Positions 61,528 to 64,000 of a stretch of DNA of 64,000 nucleotides are shown piece after piece; position 1 is the first letter of the stretch, and each line of letters starts with the position of its first letter. This stretch comes from Eledone cirrhosa. Lineage: Eukaryota. The stretch covers positions 215,636,001 to 215,700,000 of the forward strand of contig OZ024742.1 of NCBI GenBank assembly GCA_964016885.1, written 5' to 3'. The notes below the pieces were generated by a model, which saw only the letters and a program-made list of their open reading frames with translations, made no database searches and was not told where the DNA came from. Both the position numbers and the translations under genes were made by a program.

Positions 61528-63815
61528 TTGTCTGTAGTTGTTGGTGGTGGTGTTTTGGCTGTAGTTGTTATTGGTGGTGGTGTTTTTGGTGGTGGTGTTT
61601 TGGCTGTTGTTGTTGTTGGTGGAGGTATTTTGGTTGTTGTTGTTGGTGGAGGTGTTTTGGCTGTTGTTGTTGTTGGTGGAGGTGTTTTGGCTGTTGTTGT
61701 TGATGGTGGTGGTGGTGTTTTGGCTGTAGTTGTTGGTGGTGGTGTTTGGGCTGTAGTTGTTATTGGTGGTGGTGTTGGTGGTGGAGGTGTTTTGGCTGTT
61801 GTTGTTGTTGGTGGAGGTGTTTTGGCTGTTGTTGCTGGTGGTGGTGTTTTGGCTGTAGTTGTTGATGGTGGTGTTTTGGCTGTTGTTGTTGTTGTTTGTG
61901 GTGTTTTGGTTGTTGTTGTTGTTGGTGGTGGTGTTTTGGCTGTTGTTGTTGGTGGTGGTGGTGTTTTGGCTGGTGATGTTGGAGGTGGAGGTGTTTTGGC
62001 TGTAGTTGGTGGTGGTGGTGGTGTTTTGGCTGTTGTTGTTGTTGGTGGTTGTGTTTTGGCTGTAGTTGTTGGTGGTGGTTGTGTTTTGGCTGTAGTTGTT
62101 GGTTGTGGTGGTGTTTTGGCTGTAGTTGTTGGTTGTGGTGGTGTTTTGGCTTTTGATGTTGGTGGAGGTGGTGTTTTGGATGTTGTTGTTGGTGGTGTTT
62201 TGGCTGTAGTTGTTGTTGGTGGTGGTGGTGTTTTGGCTGTTGTTGTTGTTGGTGGAGGTGTTTTGGCTGTAGTTGTTGGAGGTAGTGGTGTTTTAGCTGT
62301 TGTTGTCGTTGGTGGTGGTGTTTTGGCTGTTGTTGTTGTTGATGGTGCTGTTTTGGCTGTTGTTGTTGGTGGTGGTGGTGTTTTAGCTGTTGTTGTTGTT
62401 GGTGGTGGTGTTTTGGCTGTCGTTGTTGTTGGTGGTGGTGTTTTGGCTGTAGTTGTTGGTGATGGTTGTGTTTTGGCTGTTGTTTTTGTTGGTGGTGGTG
62501 TTTTAGCTCTTGTTGTCGTTGGTGGTGTTTTAACTGTTGTTGACGTTGGTGGTGGTTGTGTTTTGGCTGTTGTTGTTGCTGGTGGAGGTGTTTTGGCTGT
62601 TGTTGTTGGTGGTCTTGGTGTTTTGGCTCTAGTTGTTGGTGGTGGTGTTTTGTCTGTACTTGTTATTGGTGGTGGTGTTTTTGGTGGTGGTGTTTTGGCC
62701 GCTGTTGTTGGCAGTGGTGTTTTGGCTGTTGTTGCTGGTGATGGTTGTGTTTTGGCTGTTGTTGTTGGTGGTGGTGGTGTTTTAGCTGTTGTTGTTGTTG
62801 GTGGTGGTGTTTTGGCTGTCGTTGTTGTTGGTGGTGGTGTTTTGGCTGTAGTTGTTGGTGATGGTTGTGTTTTGGCTGTTGTTTTTGTTGGTGGTGGTGT
62901 TTTAGCTCTTGTTGTCGTTGGTGGTGTTTTATCTGTTGTTGTCGTTGGTGGTGATGGTGTTTTGGCTGTTGTTGTTGGTGGAGGTGTTGTGGCTGTTGTT
63001 GTTGTTGGTGGACGTGTTTTGGCTGTTGTTGTTGGTGGTGGTGTTTTGGCTGTTGTTGTTGGTGGTGGTGGTGTTTTGGCTGTTGTTGTTGTTGTTGGTG
63101 GTGTTTTTGCTGTTGTTGTTGGTGGTGGTGTTTTGGCTGTTGTTGTTAGTGGTGGTTGTGTTTTGGCTGTAGTTGTTGGTGTTGGTGGTTTTATTGCTGT
63201 TGTTGTTGTTGGTGGTGGTGTTTTGGCTGTAGTTGTTGTTGGTGGTGTTGTTTTGGCTCTAGTTGTTGGTGGTGGTGGTGTTTTGGTTGTTGTTGTTGTT
63301 GGTGGAGGTGTTTTGGCTGTAGATGTTGGAGGTAGTGGTGTTTTAGCTGTTGTTGTTGTAGGTGGTGGTGTTTTGGCTGTCGTTGTTGTTGTTGGTGGTG
63401 GTGTTTTGGTTGTTGTTGTTGATGGTGGAGGTGTTTTGGCTGTAGTTGTTGGAGGTAGTGGTGTTTTAGCTGTTGTTGTTGTTGGTGGTGATGTTTTGGC
63501 TGTTGTTTTTGTTGATGGTGCAGTTTTGGCTGTTGATGTTGGTGGTGGTGGTGTTTTAGCTGTTGTTGTTGTTGGTGGTGGTGTTTTCGCTGTAGTTGTT
63601 GGTGATGGTTGTGTTTTGGCTGTTGTTTTTGTTGGTGGTGGTGTTTTAGCTCTTGTTGTCGTTGGTGGTGTTTTATCTGTTGTTGTCGTTGGTGGTGGTG
63701 GTGTTTTGGCTGTTGTTGTTCGTGGAGGTGTTTTGGCTGCAGTTCTTGGTGGTGGTGGTGTTTTGGTTGTTGCTGTTGGTGGAGGTGTTTTGGCTGTTAC
63801 TGTTGGTGGTGGTGT
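61528..63815 (-). other. Uninterrupted PT-rich open segment, about 760 codons
   Basis: Antisense counterpart of + ORF 61528..63912 up to the 1-nt deletion GGTGTTTGGCT near 63815. Confidence 0.5.
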
Positions 63816-64000
63816 TTGGCTGTTGTTGTTGGTGGTGGTTTTTTGGCTGTTGTTGTTGTTGTTGGTGGTGGTGTTTTGGCTGGTATTGTTGGTGGTGGTA
63901 TTTTGGCTGTAGTTGTTGTTGATGGTGGTGGTGTTTTGGCTGTTGTTGTTGGTGGTGTTTTGGTTGTTGTTGTTGGTGGTGGTGGTGTTTTGGTTGTTGT

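Larger units (their letters stand above)
25087..64000 (-). pseudogene. Mucin-like / glue-protein-like Pro-Thr-rich repeat coding region (TTTAKTPPP)n, disrupted by frameshifts and stops; 5' end not in the window
   Basis: The reverse complement reads ACA ACA ACA GCC AAA ACA CCA CCA CCA. Several common variants are synonymous in this frame (ACA/ACT/ACC, GCC/GCT, CCA/CCT) and most length variation is in multiples of 3. In-frame stops: TAA at 25186-25188, 28903-28905, 31594-31596 and 48131-48133, TGA at 44790-44792; there are also many 1-nt indels. No signal peptide or Cys-rich/vWD domain is visible, so the family call rests on composition only. Confidence 0.55.
25095..64000. repeat. Variable-length triplet-based tandem array, (GTT)2-5(GGT)2-4 GTT TTG GCT, units mostly 21-33 bp
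   Basis: The anchor GTTTTGGCT recurs continuously, separated by GTT and GGT runs whose lengths vary in steps of 3 nt. The array runs off the right edge. Confidence 0.98.

Noticed and set aside
25197-63922. Long + strand ORFs (VLAVVVGGG, LLLLVVVFW and CCCWWWCFG types, up to 1,238 aa)
   Set aside because: They are stop-poor shadows of a G/T triplet repeat. They overlap in all three frames, mostly start at TTG inside the repeat, and have implausible composition. The V/G frame shares wobble positions with the minus PT frame, so synonymous variation does not support it independently.
1-64000. Telomerase-type telomeric repeat
   Set aside because: There is no short invariant unit such as TTAGGG or TTAGG. 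Variants propagate in kb-scale blocks, which indicates recombination, not templated addition.
1-64000. Bisulfite-converted or synthetic sequence explaining the lack of C
   Set aside because: Non-CpG C is consistently kept in GCT, A is also depleted, and the nested duplications with point variants look like natural evolution.

Overview
The whole 64 kb is low-complexity tandem repeat with extreme strand asymmetry (+ strand almost all G/T, C nearly absent). It has two abutting arrays. (1) 1..~25094 is a 49-bp satellite of about 510 copies with multi-kb higher-order duplications. (2) ~25095..64000 is a triplet-built array, (GTT)n(GGT)m-GTT-TTG-GCT, which on the minus strand reads Thr3-4-Ala-Lys-Thr-Pro2-4, a mucin/glue-protein-type PTS repeat. 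The ORF track misses this frame because it has essentially no start codons; the long V/G/L/C/W ORFs on + are its antisense shadow. The PT frame is broken by inherited frameshifts and stops, and it contains a near-perfect 8,689-bp tandem duplication. At the junction the PT frame runs in phase into the 49-mer (…AKPPPPPTVATAI*). The 49-mer is itself a PTS-like unit of 16 codons + 1 nt that contains the TAA. My best interpretation (inference) is a giant eukaryotic mucin-like repeat exon decaying into, or giving rise to, satellite DNA. No RNA genes, mobile elements, CRISPR arrays or unique-sequence genes are visible, and the organism cannot be identified.
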